Positions 40,040 through 51,190 of a stretch of 64,000 nt of DNA are shown here, in pieces. The notes beneath the pieces are model-generated. The model was not told the origin of the DNA. It made no database searches and saw nothing but the letters and a program-made list of their open reading frames with translations. The position numbers were made by a program, and so were the translations under genes. This DNA is from Peribolospora baueri (lineage: Eukaryota), in contig JAMDHS010000037.1 of NCBI GenBank assembly GCA_029717555.1, positions 124,001 to 188,000 on the forward strand, given 5' to 3'. How positions within the stretch are numbered: position 1 is the stretch's first letter; each line of letters starts with the position of its first letter.

Positions 40040-40998
40040 GAGCGCGGCAAAAAGAGGAGCAACGGCCGGATGGGATGGGAGACGGAAGGGCGAAGAAGTG
40101 CGTGAGCAGGACGGGCCAAGTGGAACAGCCGGGCTGCACTCTGTCTGGCTGCGAAAAGCGCTCTAGCTGGCGTCCACCGCGGAGGACGACGGGCGTCGAA
40201 ACGAGCGAGTTGGCCATCTGTGATTCTTGCCTGGATGATCGCGAGTGGATGCTTGGACGGCGAATGGCTCTCTCTTCTCTCTCGCCACCGCTCTCTTTGT
40301 CCCGATCGGCCTGAGCGAGTTCGGCCGTGATGTGCTGAGGCCGCCGCTTCGTTTGCAGGTTCATCGGCTACCGAGATCGGATCGGCCTCGCCTACTCTCC
40401 TTCCTCCGTTCGCACCCCGCCGATCCCTGACCAAGGGAAGAAGAGATAGCAGCAAGCTCTCCCAGTCGGGCTCGTCCGTTCCGTTCCGCTCCCTCCCGTC
40501 CGTCGCCTTCGCTCGCCATCGGAGCGTGTGGATCCAAGTTTGCGAAGCATCCCGGCGGCGGCACTTTGAGTCTGGTTGAAATCCGGCTTACATCATCCTC
40601 ACGCGCTCGCCACGCCTCGCGACGGCTGCTGCGGCGAGCTGGCTCGCTGTGGCCCCTGTCGAGATACGGCACAGGCGGAGCGTCCGGCGCGCCGGGCGGG
40701 AGGACGAAGGGCGATGATGATGGAGGTCGTCCGACTAGTCAAAAGTCAGGTCGACCTCGCCGGCGCTCGACGGCGACGACGAAGACCACCACCATCATCA
40801 CGACCACGACGACCACAGCAACGACCGACCCAGTGCGCTCCCTCCTATACATCTTTCCTTCATATCACCCCCTTTTCACCCGCCCCCTATCCTAATTGCC
40901 CCCGTGCTCGATCACAACTCATCCGCCCGTCCTCACAACAACCTCATCCTTCCTTCTCCCCACCGCCCTGCCCTCGCCCTCGCCCCCGCTCCAGCACA

Positions 40999-43959
40999 AT
41001 GGTCAAGCGAGGAGGCTACAGGAACAGCGTGGACAGAGAGGCCGCTAGGGCCGCCGCCGTCGCCGCCGCCGCCGCCGTGGAGGAGGCGGAGGAGGAGCGC
41101 GAGGAGCAGGAGGAGGAAGCCGAGGTCGGCCAGGTGGAGGCCGACGCCGACGCCAGCGGCTCGACGAGCGGTACCGAGGAGGGGCAAGAGGTCGAGTATA
41201 CCGTCAAGGACAGACAGGATGTGAGTACCCCGTTACCCCTCCTCCCACTCGCCTTGCCTAGCCCATTCACTCACCCGCCACGTATTCGCGCCCGCTCCCC
41301 CCTCGCAACCGCAGGCCATCAACATCGAGCACCCCTTCGGCCTGCCCATCTGGAAGCCTGCGCTGTACAAAAAGTCTCGCTCGGTGACGCGCAACGCAGA
41401 GTCGGCCCTGCATTCCATCCCCTCCGCTGCCGCCGAACGACACCTCCTCCCGGGCAACCTGCTCTGGACGCTCCTCTTCGGCTGGTGGCTTGCCCTCCTC
41501 ACCTTCGTCGTCTCCGCCCTCCTCTCCGCCGTTCCCGACGGCGGAAGCCGAGCCGCCCATCTCGTCTTTGGTCTCGGCTGGTACCTCTTCTGGCCCTTCG
41601 GCAAGTACGTAGAGAAGGAGCTCTCCGAGGAGGACGCGGCGCGTCGGCTCGAGCGAGAGGAAGGACGCGACGCCGGAGCTCATGACGACGCGAGTGCGCC
41701 TTGGACGCCAGGCACGGCTCGATGGTCCTCGGACGTCAGCGAGACGCTGGACGAGACGGAGGAGGAGGACGAGGAGGAGGAGGAGGGCGGCCTTGGGCGC
41801 GTCCGCACCCTTCGTCCCGGAGACATCCCCGGCGCGCACGCCGCCGCCGCCGAGCGTCCCACGTCCTCCGCTTCGGCTGCGCGTCAGCAGCGCTCCGACA
41901 GGGCGGAGGGTGGGAGCGGTCTCCCTCTTGGGGGAGAACGGGCGCCGCTTCTGTCGCACCTTGGCAAGGGGAGGCCGAGGGTGGAGAATGGATATGGGGC
42001 CATGAACGCTCCCGGCTCGGAGGATGGCGGTCTCGGGAGGGAAGGCGAGGATGGAAGCGTTCACATCGGCCTTGGCGGTCGCATCGCCTTCTTCCTCGTC
42101 TTCTGGCTCATCCTCGCTCCGGCGATGGGCATCGTCTGCCTCCTCTGCTGGGGAGGCGTTTTCACCATCCCAATGGCCAAGCTCAACTGGGTCCTTCTCA
42201 AGCACCTCGCCAAGGACCCTTTCTTGCTCCACTTCCGCGCCGCGCCCAGGGCTCCTGAGACCTCCGCGGAGGACGGTGGTGGCAAGCAGCACCGCTTCCT
42301 CCGTCTTCGCCCCGGTCAGCTCGCGCCGAGAATGCGCACGTCCAGCTTCATGTCCACTCCCGGGAAGGGCCGCCACCGGCAGAGCACCATCCTCCTCTGT
42401 ACGTATCGCGCCGTGGGACTGCAGTACTACAAATACACCGTGGGAGGCGTCAACATTCTCTTTGTCGATCTGCTGCCCATCATCTTTTTCGTCATCTTCG
42501 ACGCCTTCGTCCTCGAGCCCTACGTCCACCGACACCACTCTGGCGGCCTTCTCAAGGCGATCACCTCCCAGGCCGTCATCTTTGTCCTGGCGCTCGCGAG
42601 CGTGATCCCACTGAGCTACTTTATCGGCATGGCCGTCGCAAGCATCAGCGCGCAGAGCAGCATCGGCATGGGCGCGGTGATCAACGCGACGTTCGGAAGC
42701 GTCATCGAGGTCATCCTCTACGGCATCGCGCTCAAGCAGGGCAAGGGACGTCTCGTCGAGGGGTCCATCGTCGGCAGCTTGCTCGCTGGCGTCTTGCTCA
42801 TGCCCGGCTTGAGCATGGTCTCCGGCGCGACGAGGAGGAAGGAGCAGAGGTTCAATGCCAAGAGCGCGGGCGTGACGAGCACCATGCTCATCATGGCCAT
42901 CGTCGGCATCCTCACTCCCACCTTGTTCTACCAGATCTACGGGACGGTGAGCGCTCGTGGAATGGCTTAGCCACCTTGGCCGACTAGTCGCTAGTCGGGT
43001 TCATTTGAACAGAGCCAGACTCAACTTCATTCTGACACGTTCGCCTTTTCCTGTCCACTCGGACATTCGCACGCACGCACGCAGTTCCAATTGACCTGCC
43101 AAGGCTGTCCCACCGAAGTGCCTCCGTCGCCAACGAGCGCGTGGACGTGCAAGCGATGCTTCTACGAGCATGTCAACCCAGCCACGGACCCTTTCTACCA
43201 GAAGGACGTCAAAGGGCTTATGTACTTTTGTGCCGTCATTCTCGTCCTCGTGAGCGAAGCATGGCGCGCGCCTCCAGTTTCGCTGAGATGGCCTCGCCAG
43301 GTGCTCATGCGACGTTCGTTTTTCGTTCCCCCCCCCCCCCACCCTCCTCCTTCCCCGCAGTCATATCTCGTCGGCCTTTGGTTCTCTCTGCGCACGCACG
43401 CCTCCCAGATCTGGCAGTCTCCGCAGCCCATGACGGCGCACGACGTGACGGGAGGCGCCCAGCAAAACTTGCCTGCCGCTCAGCGAGCGAGCATCTACAA
43501 GCGTCTTCTTCCCACCAACGTGGTGAACCAACTCTTGCCCACGCACAGACACTCTGCTTCCGGCACCGGCCTCACTCCCACCTCCGCCGGGAACGTCACC
43601 CAGCCACTGCCTAGCGCCGCGCCCGCAGGCACGCCGCAGCAACAGCCGAGCGCGGGCGGCCAGGGCGGAGGGACGACGACCTCGTCCGGCGGCGGGCGTC
43701 CGCCAAGCCTACAGCTTCCGGAAAACGTATCGGCCGAAGACTTCCACCGCGTCGTCGCTCTCACCGCCAGCGCCTTCCGCTCCGTCCTCCAACAACACCA
43801 CCACCAGGCTCCCGGAAGCGCCGCCGTTCGAGCGAGCTTGCACGAGCACGAAGAAGAGGCTCACGGAGGTCATGATGCGCCTAGTTGGAGTAGGATTACC
43901 AGCGCAAGCGTTCTTTTGGCCTGCACGTTTCTCTATGCCGTCATTGCTGGTGAGCGTCC

Positions 43960-43991
<32 letters not shown>

Positions 43992-44915
43992 CACCGAGTC
44001 CCATCGTCGTCTCTCCGTCCACCCACTCACTCCCTCCCCTCCCTTCCTCACCCACCCATGCAAATCAGAAATCCTGGTGGACGTCGTGGACGTCGTCCTA
44101 AAGGGCTCAGGCATCGACGAAAAGCTCCTCGGAATCACGCTATTTGCGCTCGTGCCCAACACGACAGAGTTTATGAACGCCATGTCGTTTGCCATGAATG
44201 GAAACATCGCCTTGAGCATGGAGATTGGCTCGGCGTATGCTCTTCAAGTGTGTTTGCTTCAGATTCCCGCCATGGTCGCTTTTAGCGCCGTGTATGGAGC
44301 TAGTGGTAGGAAGGAGATGTTGAACTATACGTTTACGTGAGTCGTCCTTGTCTCCATCACTCTTTTCTTCTTCCGTTTTTTCCTCGGACGGATATTGGAC
44401 TGGGCCGTGTTTAGTTTGTTTCGGAGCTCGCTGACATGTGCGTACTCTCTGATTTGACGTCCTTCTTCGCTGATCGCTCCGGCAGACTCATCTTTCCGCG
44501 ATGGGACGTCATCGCCATCATCTTCTCCGTCTTCCTCCTCACCTACACGTACATCGAGTCCCGAAGCAGTGAGTTTTTCGCCTCCTAGACGCGTCGCACC
44601 GGAGCTTTCGCCTCCTAGAGGCATCGCGCCGAAGCGACGCGGACAGACGTACTCACGCTTCCGTTCATCTCCGTTTTTTCCGGCTGGGGCACAGACTACT
44701 ACCGAGGCAGTATCCTCATCTTCTCCTACCTCGTCCTTGGCGCTGGCTTCTTTTTTGCACCCTCGAATGGCGACGAGGAGTACCCCGGCGACCATCAACT
44801 CAGCTTCCCTCCATCCTCCAACTTCGGACTGTCGTCCACGGCGGCCGCCGTCTTGCCCGCGCTCGGCGTGCTCGGTGAGGCCAAGGCGTGGCTGCTCTCG
44901 CTGTGGGCTAGGTAG
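40999..44915 (+). CDS. VNX1: Vacuolar cation/H+ exchanger, Vnx1-type CAX with N-terminal YccF/DUF307 region (spliced)
   Basis: KDRQDAINIEHPFGLPIWKPALYKKSRS, GNLLWTLLFGWW, YYKYTVGGVNI, GAVINATFGSVIE, LVPNTTEFMNAMSFAMNGNIALSMEIGSAYALQVCLLQIP, NYYRGSILIFSY. Stop TAG 44913-44915. Confidence 0.93.
43961..43991 (+). repeat. Poly-T run (31 nt) just inside a VNX1 intron
   Basis: Directly visible; the donor GTGAGC is at 43950. Confidence 0.95.
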
Positions 44916-45504
44916 CCATTCGTCTAGCCGCCGTGTCAGACTTTTTTTTTTTTTCGATCTCGCGGAGGACCGGACGGGGGAAGCTGTTTAGGTCGGACTC
45001 CGAGGACTCGCACAAGTAGCAAGCGAGGAACGCCTCTTCGCTCTTTTTCCCACCATCTCTTGCATCTCCTTCCTTCTTCCGCTCTACCAGTCATCTCGTT
45101 TCCAAGTCCCACGTCGTTTTCTCTCATCCTTGGCTCGCATCGCGGCTTTTCATACCACACACCCTTCTCGGCGCCCACCTTCCTTTCTTCTTTTTTTTTT
45201 CCCTGCTTCACTTTTGCGAAGAAACTAGATACTTTTCACCTCGCCTGTCCGCTCATTCCCGTTCCCGTGTCATCGTTGTTTGTCACCGTAGCGACTCGTA
45301 CCGACCGACCGACCGGTTTTCGTGCTTTCGCCGATTCCGATTCCGATTCGGGGCTGGGCTCAATAACATAGGACAGCACAGCACAGCGTTCTCCATGGTT
45401 CCCGTTCCGGTCGCAAAAGGCGAGCTGCTGCATCATACATACATACGGACGACTCGAGAACGACGACATACGGGGAGGACGTGCGAAGAAGCGGTCGGTC
45501 CTCG

Positions 45505-47196
45505 TCACGCTTCCATGTCCCTCCGGAACGATGATGATGGATCATTCGGCCCGCGCCCACCGTCACCGTCGGCCCACAACCCCGCTCTCACGCCCTCCCA
45601 ACCAGGGGCCACCCCTAGCCCCTCACCAGGCCCATGCCGACACCTCTCCTCCGCCTCGTCGAGTTCCTTCGACCGCTCAGGATAGCCGTACCACTTGGCC
45701 GAAGAACCGGGCCACCAGGGAGGCATGCAGCCTTGGAAGTGGGATTGGAGTTGGAGCATTGCCTTGTCGTATGCGTTTGCAGGCGATGGTGGAAGGAGGT
45801 CTACCGGTCCATCGCGCGACTGATCTTCGCTGCCCTTGCTCCCCGGGGGAGGGCGACCGTGGGACGGGGTCGGGATAGAGGCCTTCGGAAGCGGGACGGG
45901 GATGGCAGAGGCGGAGGTGGAGGCGGGAACGGCCGCGAAGAAAGGAAGGGCATGGACGCCGGTGTTGTTCCCCGGCGCGTCAGGGACGAGCTCGACACCG
46001 AGTCCGGCGCCTACGTGTCTCAACAAGCTGTACGCCCTCTGTCGTCGTCGCTCCCTGTCCAAAAGGACGCATTCCGGTCGCCTCTTCGCGCCTGTCAGGC
46101 CGTACCACGACGCGTCCGTGCCGCGCCACCAGGTCGGGACGCAGAGGTCAGGGCCAGGTCCCCGTTCTGGTCTTTGATGGAAACGAGTGGTCGACGGCGA
46201 AGCGGACGCGGCGGCGGTTGATATGGATGAAGAAGGCGTGACCATCTGGCTCGAGCAGGCGACGGCGAGACAGGTGGTCGCGCGGCCGCTGGCCGAGTCG
46301 GGCTTGTCCGGTGGCGTGCTGGGCCGCTTGAGGACGGTGGTACCGTCGAGCACGCCGGGCCCGTCTAGAGGACCGAGCGAGTCGCGTTGCAAATGTGAAT
46401 CTCTGCCGAGGACGGTCAAGTGCTTCCTCAGCGCGTTCTTCTTGCCCTTCCACGCCTTGCTCCATAAAGCGCTTTGCGGGCGATATCGGTGTCGGACGGG
46501 CTTCTCCTTGCGCTGTTGACCAATCGACACTCCCGCATAGGGTGTCTCGGCGTCAGCGAGACATTTGGCCTTCCGCCTTTGCCCATCATCTGTCGGGCCG
46601 TACCAGCTATCCTCGGAGCCTCCCCACCAGCTCGGTTTGCACCCTCCCCATGTGAGGTCAAAGCGCGCGGGTATGAGCGGCGACGGCGAAGGCGGCATGG
46701 TTTCCGGCTCCTCTTTGGGCGGGTCCCATAGCCAGGCGGGCGGCTTGTGATACGGCAGACGGGGCGGGCGGGGAAAGGGGCTTTCGTGGGCCGCGTGCCA
46801 GGGCCGATTACCCGTCTCGCACCACGGAAGGACGTGCTCACTGCCGTACCACGACTCCGCCGGGCCGTCCCACCACTCCGGCTGACAGCCGTTGGTCTTG
46901 AGGCGGAGCTCGAGCGCCGAGAGGTCTTGTCCGTCACTGTGGTGATCGATGCGATGTGGTTGAAAGGCGTCTTGCTCCGACGAAAGCGAGCGCAGAGAGA
47001 TGGGAGGACGAGGTTTGACTTGGGCGCGCTCGTCGGGGCGACGGACGATGAGGGCGTTGTGGACGGGATGAATGCGGATGGCGCTGGTTCGGTGGCGAAA
47101 GGGGCGAAAGTCGCTCGCGTTCGCGTCCAGAAGCGGAACGGCCAGCCCGGCAGAGGTGGCGAAGACGGTGAGAAAGACGACTGTCGCAAGTTTCAT
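45505..47196 (-). CDS. Secreted protein (~563 aa) with four Cys/Trp-rich CxPxWWxGx4WYG modules; family not recognised
   Basis: Signal peptide MKLATVVFLTVFATSAGLA at ATG 47196; uninterrupted ORF; four protein-level repeats; probable 5'UTR intron acceptor just upstream; TATA-like element at ~47413. Confidence 0.85.
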   Translation of the reverse strand: MKLATVVFLTVFATSAGLAVPLLDANASDFRPFRHRTSAIRIHPVHNALIVRRPDERAQVKPRPPISLRSLSSEQDAFQPHRIDHHSDGQDLSALELRLKTNGCQPEWWDGPAESWYGSEHVLPWCETGNRPWHAAHESPFPRPPRLPYHKPPAWLWDPPKEEPETMPPSPSPLIPARFDLTWGGCKPSWWGGSEDSWYGPTDDGQRRKAKCLADAETPYAGVSIGQQRKEKPVRHRYRPQSALWSKAWKGKKNALRKHLTVLGRDSHLQRDSLGPLDGPGVLDGTTVLKRPSTPPDKPDSASGRATTCLAVACSSQMVTPSSSISTAAASASPSTTRFHQRPERGPGPDLCVPTWWRGTDASWYGLTGAKRRPECVLLDRERRRQRAYSLLRHVGAGLGVELVPDAPGNNTGVHALPFFAAVPASTSASAIPVPLPKASIPTPSHGRPPPGSKGSEDQSRDGPVDLLPPSPANAYDKAMLQLQSHFQGCMPPWWPGSSAKWYGYPERSKELDEAEERCRHGPGEGLGVAPGWEGVRAGLWADGDGGRGPNDPSSSFRRDMEA

Positions 47197-47412
47197 CTCG
47201 ACCTGCGAGAGAGAGAAAAAGAGAGAGAGGGTGAGAACGTGAAAAAGAGACGGCACAGCCGTGAAGCGCCAGGCTTTGATGGATGAGAAGAAAGAGAGAC
47301 GGAAAGGCCAGCCTGCCGTCGAAGGAAGAGAAAAAAGGAAGTGAGCGGGGACAGGAAGGAGGTGGGGGTCGGGGAGAACGAAGACGACATGGGTCCGAGC
47401 ACGCTGCCTGCG

Positions 47413-47420
47413 TATATATA
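47413..47420 (-). promoter_or_regulatory. TATA-like element upstream of the secreted WW-repeat gene
   Basis: TATATATA in a GC-rich context, ~220 bp upstream of the ATG, followed by a pyrimidine-rich leader on the minus strand. Confidence 0.55.
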
Positions 47421-48308
47421 CCCCTCGCTGGGCTCTAACCTACGCCCGCCACCGTCGACAGCTTCAACAGACGAGAACAGACTAGCCTGGCGCGCATCCT
47501 TGCGACACGACGCACGCGACGCGACGCGATGCGACGCGACGCGACTCTGCGGAAGCGTGCGATTTGTGCGACGATGACGACGAGCGACCGTCACCTCCAT
47601 AAGACTTCGGATAGAGCAAAAAGGGTTTCCAGTTCCATTCCATTGGACCCCGCTCTCTTTCCCCGAGTGCCCGAGTCGGCGTGTGGGACCAGTGAGAATC
47701 GGTCGCATAGAGTAGACGGCCGCGGGCGAAGCGAGACCAAATACTATGACCAAGGGGGGAGGGGAAGATGTAGACGCGGGTCAGGCGACTCGCGAGTGTA
47801 ATCTTCGAGAAACGGACGGGAAGAACGGTACACCGTTTGCTAACCCAGGTGACTATAGTCCGGCGTGTACGTATGAACGAGGAGGGTGAGGTATCGCAAG
47901 AGGGATGTTGGGAGCGGATTGAAGACCAAGATAAGGCCGTATAGAAGGGGTGATTCGACTAGGGAGAAGTGTACATTGTCAACATTACGAGGGAGAAAAA
48001 ACGAGCGACAGAGAGGAGAGAAAAGTGTCCGTGTGCAGGGCGTATGCTCGCATCCGTGGGTATGACGTGGGGCGAGTGAGAAGAGCGAGCGTTGACGGGT
48101 ATCGGAGACGGAGAAAGCTTTGGAAAAGGGGAGGGATCGGCGACAGGGTGTAGGTCCGAGCGGTGTCGGCCGTCGAAAGCAGAGAAGAAAGACGAGAGGC
48201 GGCGCAAACTCCCACCTGCCCAGTCGGTCCACCTCTGTGCCATCTTGTCCCTTTCTCCCCCACTCCATCTCAGCCCACCTCACCTGACACTGACAGACAG
48301 ACGCGGGT

Positions 48309-50216
48309 CTAGGACCTTCGGGACGCCGGGAACGCCGGGGACGAGGGCAAAGCGTCGTACATCGCTTCGCCACTCATTTTCGGGCCTTCCTTCCTCGGTG
48401 CTGGAGCCGCCGATCGGGCACCTGTCCGTCGAAATTCTGAGCTTTTGGCGGTGGTGGAGAGAGTAGGGGGCGGGACGGCAAGGAAATTGCCTCCACCGTA
48501 GCTGGTGTTCTGTGGGCGGCCCGCATATCCTCGACCGGGCGCAGAAGAAGGGGGAGGAGCATGAGGAGAAGCAGGAGAGTGTGGAGGAGCAGGAGAATGA
48601 GGAGAAGCAGAAGAGTGGGGAGGAGCAGGAGAACGAGGAGAAGCAGGAGAGTGGGGAGGGGCAGGAGAACGAGGAGAAGCAGAAGAGTGGGGAGGGGCAG
48701 GAGAACGAGGAGAAGAAGAAGAAGGAGAAGCGGGGAAGGGAGCCAAAGCTCGTTGGCTTCTCCGCTGCTCCGTCCTCTCCCCATTTCCGAGCGCCATCGC
48801 CAACCCGCCCGCCGTTCCAGTCCCACTCCTGCTCCCATTCACGCCGCCCTTGCCTGCGCCCGCTCCGACATGGCCATCCGAGCCGCCTCTCGAAAGCGCG
48901 GAAGAGGCCTTGGAGACGGTCCGGAGCGGACTGGGGCGGACTGGCTTGGAGGTGGAAGGGGGGGAGGAGGAGGCGGGGGAGGGGGTGGTGCTGGGGTTGG
49001 GAAGGGCTGGGGAGGTGGAGGACGGAGGAAATGACGATTGCTGCCGCTGCTGCTGTTGCAAAGGGGGCTGCGAAAGGAAAGTCGGTGGCATCGACGGCGG
49101 GGGAGCCAAGTGCCGGTTGGTCGGGGCTGCGAACGGGAGGTGGTAACCCGGGTTCAGCGAGGGGTAATTGTGTCCCATCGGAGCGGGCAGCGGGTTGGGC
49201 GTCGGGTACGGATTGAACGGCGCTTGTCCCCAGCTCTGTCCTTGTTCTCGTCCCTGTTCGTGTCCCAGTTGATTATCACGCCCACGCCCACCTCCACGTT
49301 CACGTCCTCTTGTTGATTCTCCATACTGGTCGGATGGGGAAGGGGCCAGAAGGCTGGAAGATGAATGGGGCGCGGACGCGGCTGCGGGCGAGGACGATCC
49401 CGGATGCGGCATCTCCCATCCAGCCCAGTTGCTCCCCGCGCTGAAAAAGTTGGCACGCCCCGGCGAATGCCGGTCGCCATGGGTTGAGGCTTCTGCGGCA
49501 CCTCCAGTGAAAGGCAGTGGATTGTCAACCCTGCTCGGCCGCCTGGCGAAGGATGGGTGCTGCCACGGCTCGTGCACATGCTCCGATCTGTGTGGCGACG
49601 TCAACGTCGGCCGAAGTTGAGCGGAGAAACGAGAAGCGGAAGGAGTACGGGGAGAGTGCTGGGATCGAGGGAGGGTAGGTAGCCCGAGCGCGGGCGGCAT
49701 TGAGGAGCTTCTGATTTCGCCGTGGCGATGGCCGTCCTCGTCACCAGAGAAGGAAGGCCTGTTCTTCTTCTGTAAGAGCTTCTTTCCAATGCTGAAGGAG
49801 CTTCTCAAAGATGCCTCAACCGCCCGGCGGCCGCGGTCCGGTTGGTCGACGGCTCTGCGCTTGCCCTTGCCGGCTTTGCGCTTGGTCATCTCGAGCTCGG
49901 CTTGCTGCTGCCCGTACCAATCCAGATACACGCCTTGGCCATGTGCACGTCCTCCTGCGCGTCCGCCGGCACTGGTGCCGGACCGTCGTCGGTCATAGAC
50001 AAGCTTCAGCCTCCAGGCGAGGAAGACGACAATGGCCACGAGAACGAGGGAGCCGGCGGAAAGGCCGATGACAGCGCCGACGGAAAGAGAAGAGCGGGTT
50101 GGAGACGCGGTAGGGGTAGGGGAAGAAGGAGATGCCGCAGAGGTCGGCGTAGAAGCGTCGGACGAGGTTATGTCCGCAGGGTCTTGACGAGCGACGAGGG
50201 CGAAGGGAGCAGGCAT
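48309..50216 (-). CDS. Single-pass membrane protein with short S/T-rich ectodomain and long Pro/Ser-rich cytoplasmic tail
   Basis: MPAPFALVARQD, an S/T/P tract, the TM segment VGAVIGLSAGSLVLVAIVVFLAW followed by basic RLK..RRR, then ~570 aa of low complexity. Single long ORF. Confidence 0.75.
   Translation of the reverse strand: MPAPFALVARQDPADITSSDASTPTSAASPSSPTPTASPTRSSLSVGAVIGLSAGSLVLVAIVVFLAWRLKLVYDRRRSGTSAGGRAGGRAHGQGVYLDWYGQQQAELEMTKRKAGKGKRRAVDQPDRGRRAVEASLRSSFSIGKKLLQKKNRPSFSGDEDGHRHGEIRSSSMPPALGLPTLPRSQHSPRTPSASRFSAQLRPTLTSPHRSEHVHEPWQHPSFARRPSRVDNPLPFTGGAAEASTHGDRHSPGRANFFSAGSNWAGWEMPHPGSSSPAAASAPHSSSSLLAPSPSDQYGESTRGRERGGGRGRDNQLGHEQGREQGQSWGQAPFNPYPTPNPLPAPMGHNYPSLNPGYHLPFAAPTNRHLAPPPSMPPTFLSQPPLQQQQRQQSSFPPSSTSPALPNPSTTPSPASSSPPSTSKPVRPSPLRTVSKASSALSRGGSDGHVGAGAGKGGVNGSRSGTGTAGGLAMALGNGERTEQRRSQRALAPFPASPSSSSPRSPAPPHSSASPRSPAPPHSPASPRSPAPPHSSASPHSPAPPHSPASPHAPPPSSAPGRGYAGRPQNTSYGGGNFLAVPPPTLSTTAKSSEFRRTGARSAAPAPRKEGPKMSGEAMYDALPSSPAFPASRRS
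48558..48716 (-). repeat. 36-bp coding tandem repeat (~4.5 copies; SPRSPAPPHS[SP]A)
   Basis: GAGGAGAAGCAG(A/G)AGAGTG(G/T)GGAG(GA/GG)GCAGGAGAA(T/C) units are seen directly. Confidence 0.9.
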
Positions 50217-50665
50217 CACTGACGACGAGCACGGCGCCGTCCGTAGCGCTCCTGTCCAAGCTCGTGGTCGTTTACAGAAAAGAGCGTGACGAGTGGGGTG
50301 CGCAAGCGAGCAATGGAGGGGAAAGGACGTGATGGTGCAAAGCAGCAAAGCGGAAAGGGGTGTAGAGCTCAGGAGCGTGCAGGTTGGGAGCGCCGGTGTG
50401 TGTGTGCGCAGTGAGGGATGGAGGAAAGTGGCGGTGGTCCTAAAGAGGTGGACTGTCCAGTAGAGCAGCTAGGAGAGGAGCAAGGTGCAGAGGGGGACGT
50501 CTGGCTGAATGCGGGTGACACGGCCGAATGTAGGTCACGCGGCACTCGGAGGCTTAGACGGATGGCAGGAGGCCATGACGGTCGGGCGTAGGATGGCGAG
50601 GAAAGGGAGGGTGGGCGGTGGTGGAGACCGGTTGAGGGGGGGAGTCGTCGTCGATCGCTGCCGTC

Positions 50666-50719
50666 GGTGGTGGTGGTGGTGGCGGTGGTGGTGGCGGTGG
50701 TGGTGGCGGTGGTGGTGGT
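50666..50719. repeat. (GGT)n microsatellite with periodic GGC interruptions
   Basis: Directly visible, in the divergent intergenic region. Confidence 0.9.
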
Positions 50720-51190
50720 CGTTGCCTTCGTTGTCGCCGGCGACGCTTCGACCGACCCCGGCGAGCGACCGAACAGCGGGAGCGGCGGCCGATGACTTGA
50801 TAGCGAGATCACCACAGCCAAGCCGCAGCCTCCTTAGCCGCGCCGTCGTCCCCGATCGGGGCTGCGGCAGCGCGCGGGGAAACCGACACCTGGTTCCTGC
50901 GTGCGCTTGCGGCGATCGGCAATCTTCACGGCAGTGCCGCAGCAGCGTCTGCACGTGGCGCTATCGCACGAGAACGACCCAGAGCCTTCCATCCGGCCGT
51001 AAAATGGAGCCGGACCGGGCGGAGGCGGAGGGGTACGATAAGACCGGAGGGTCCGGGACGGATAAGGACTTTGGCTCGCACGACCATCATCCATACTACC
51101 ACCACCACCATCTTCAGCCGGCTCTCAGCCCAGCCCCTTGACCTCTCCCACTTTCACTTTCCCTCGCGCGGTCCGCCTGCAGCCTTCGGC

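Noticed and set aside
41267..42538. 423-aa minus-strand ORF
   Set aside because: Antisense to the well-supported VNX1 exon, with no recognisable motifs.
48558..48716. Regular ~36-bp repeats as a possible CRISPR array
   Set aside because: The repeats are head-to-tail with no unique spacers, lie within a eukaryotic coding region, and have no cas genes nearby.
48512..49216. Plus-strand ORFs with EEKQESGEGQEN or RRSRRVG repeats
   Set aside because: These are alternative readings of the 36-bp repeat. The minus-strand frame is the long ORF with a TM domain.
50369..51141. ORFs with poly-Thr, poly-His or poly-Trp
   Set aside because: They are translations of the (GGT)n microsatellite in a promoter/UTR region.
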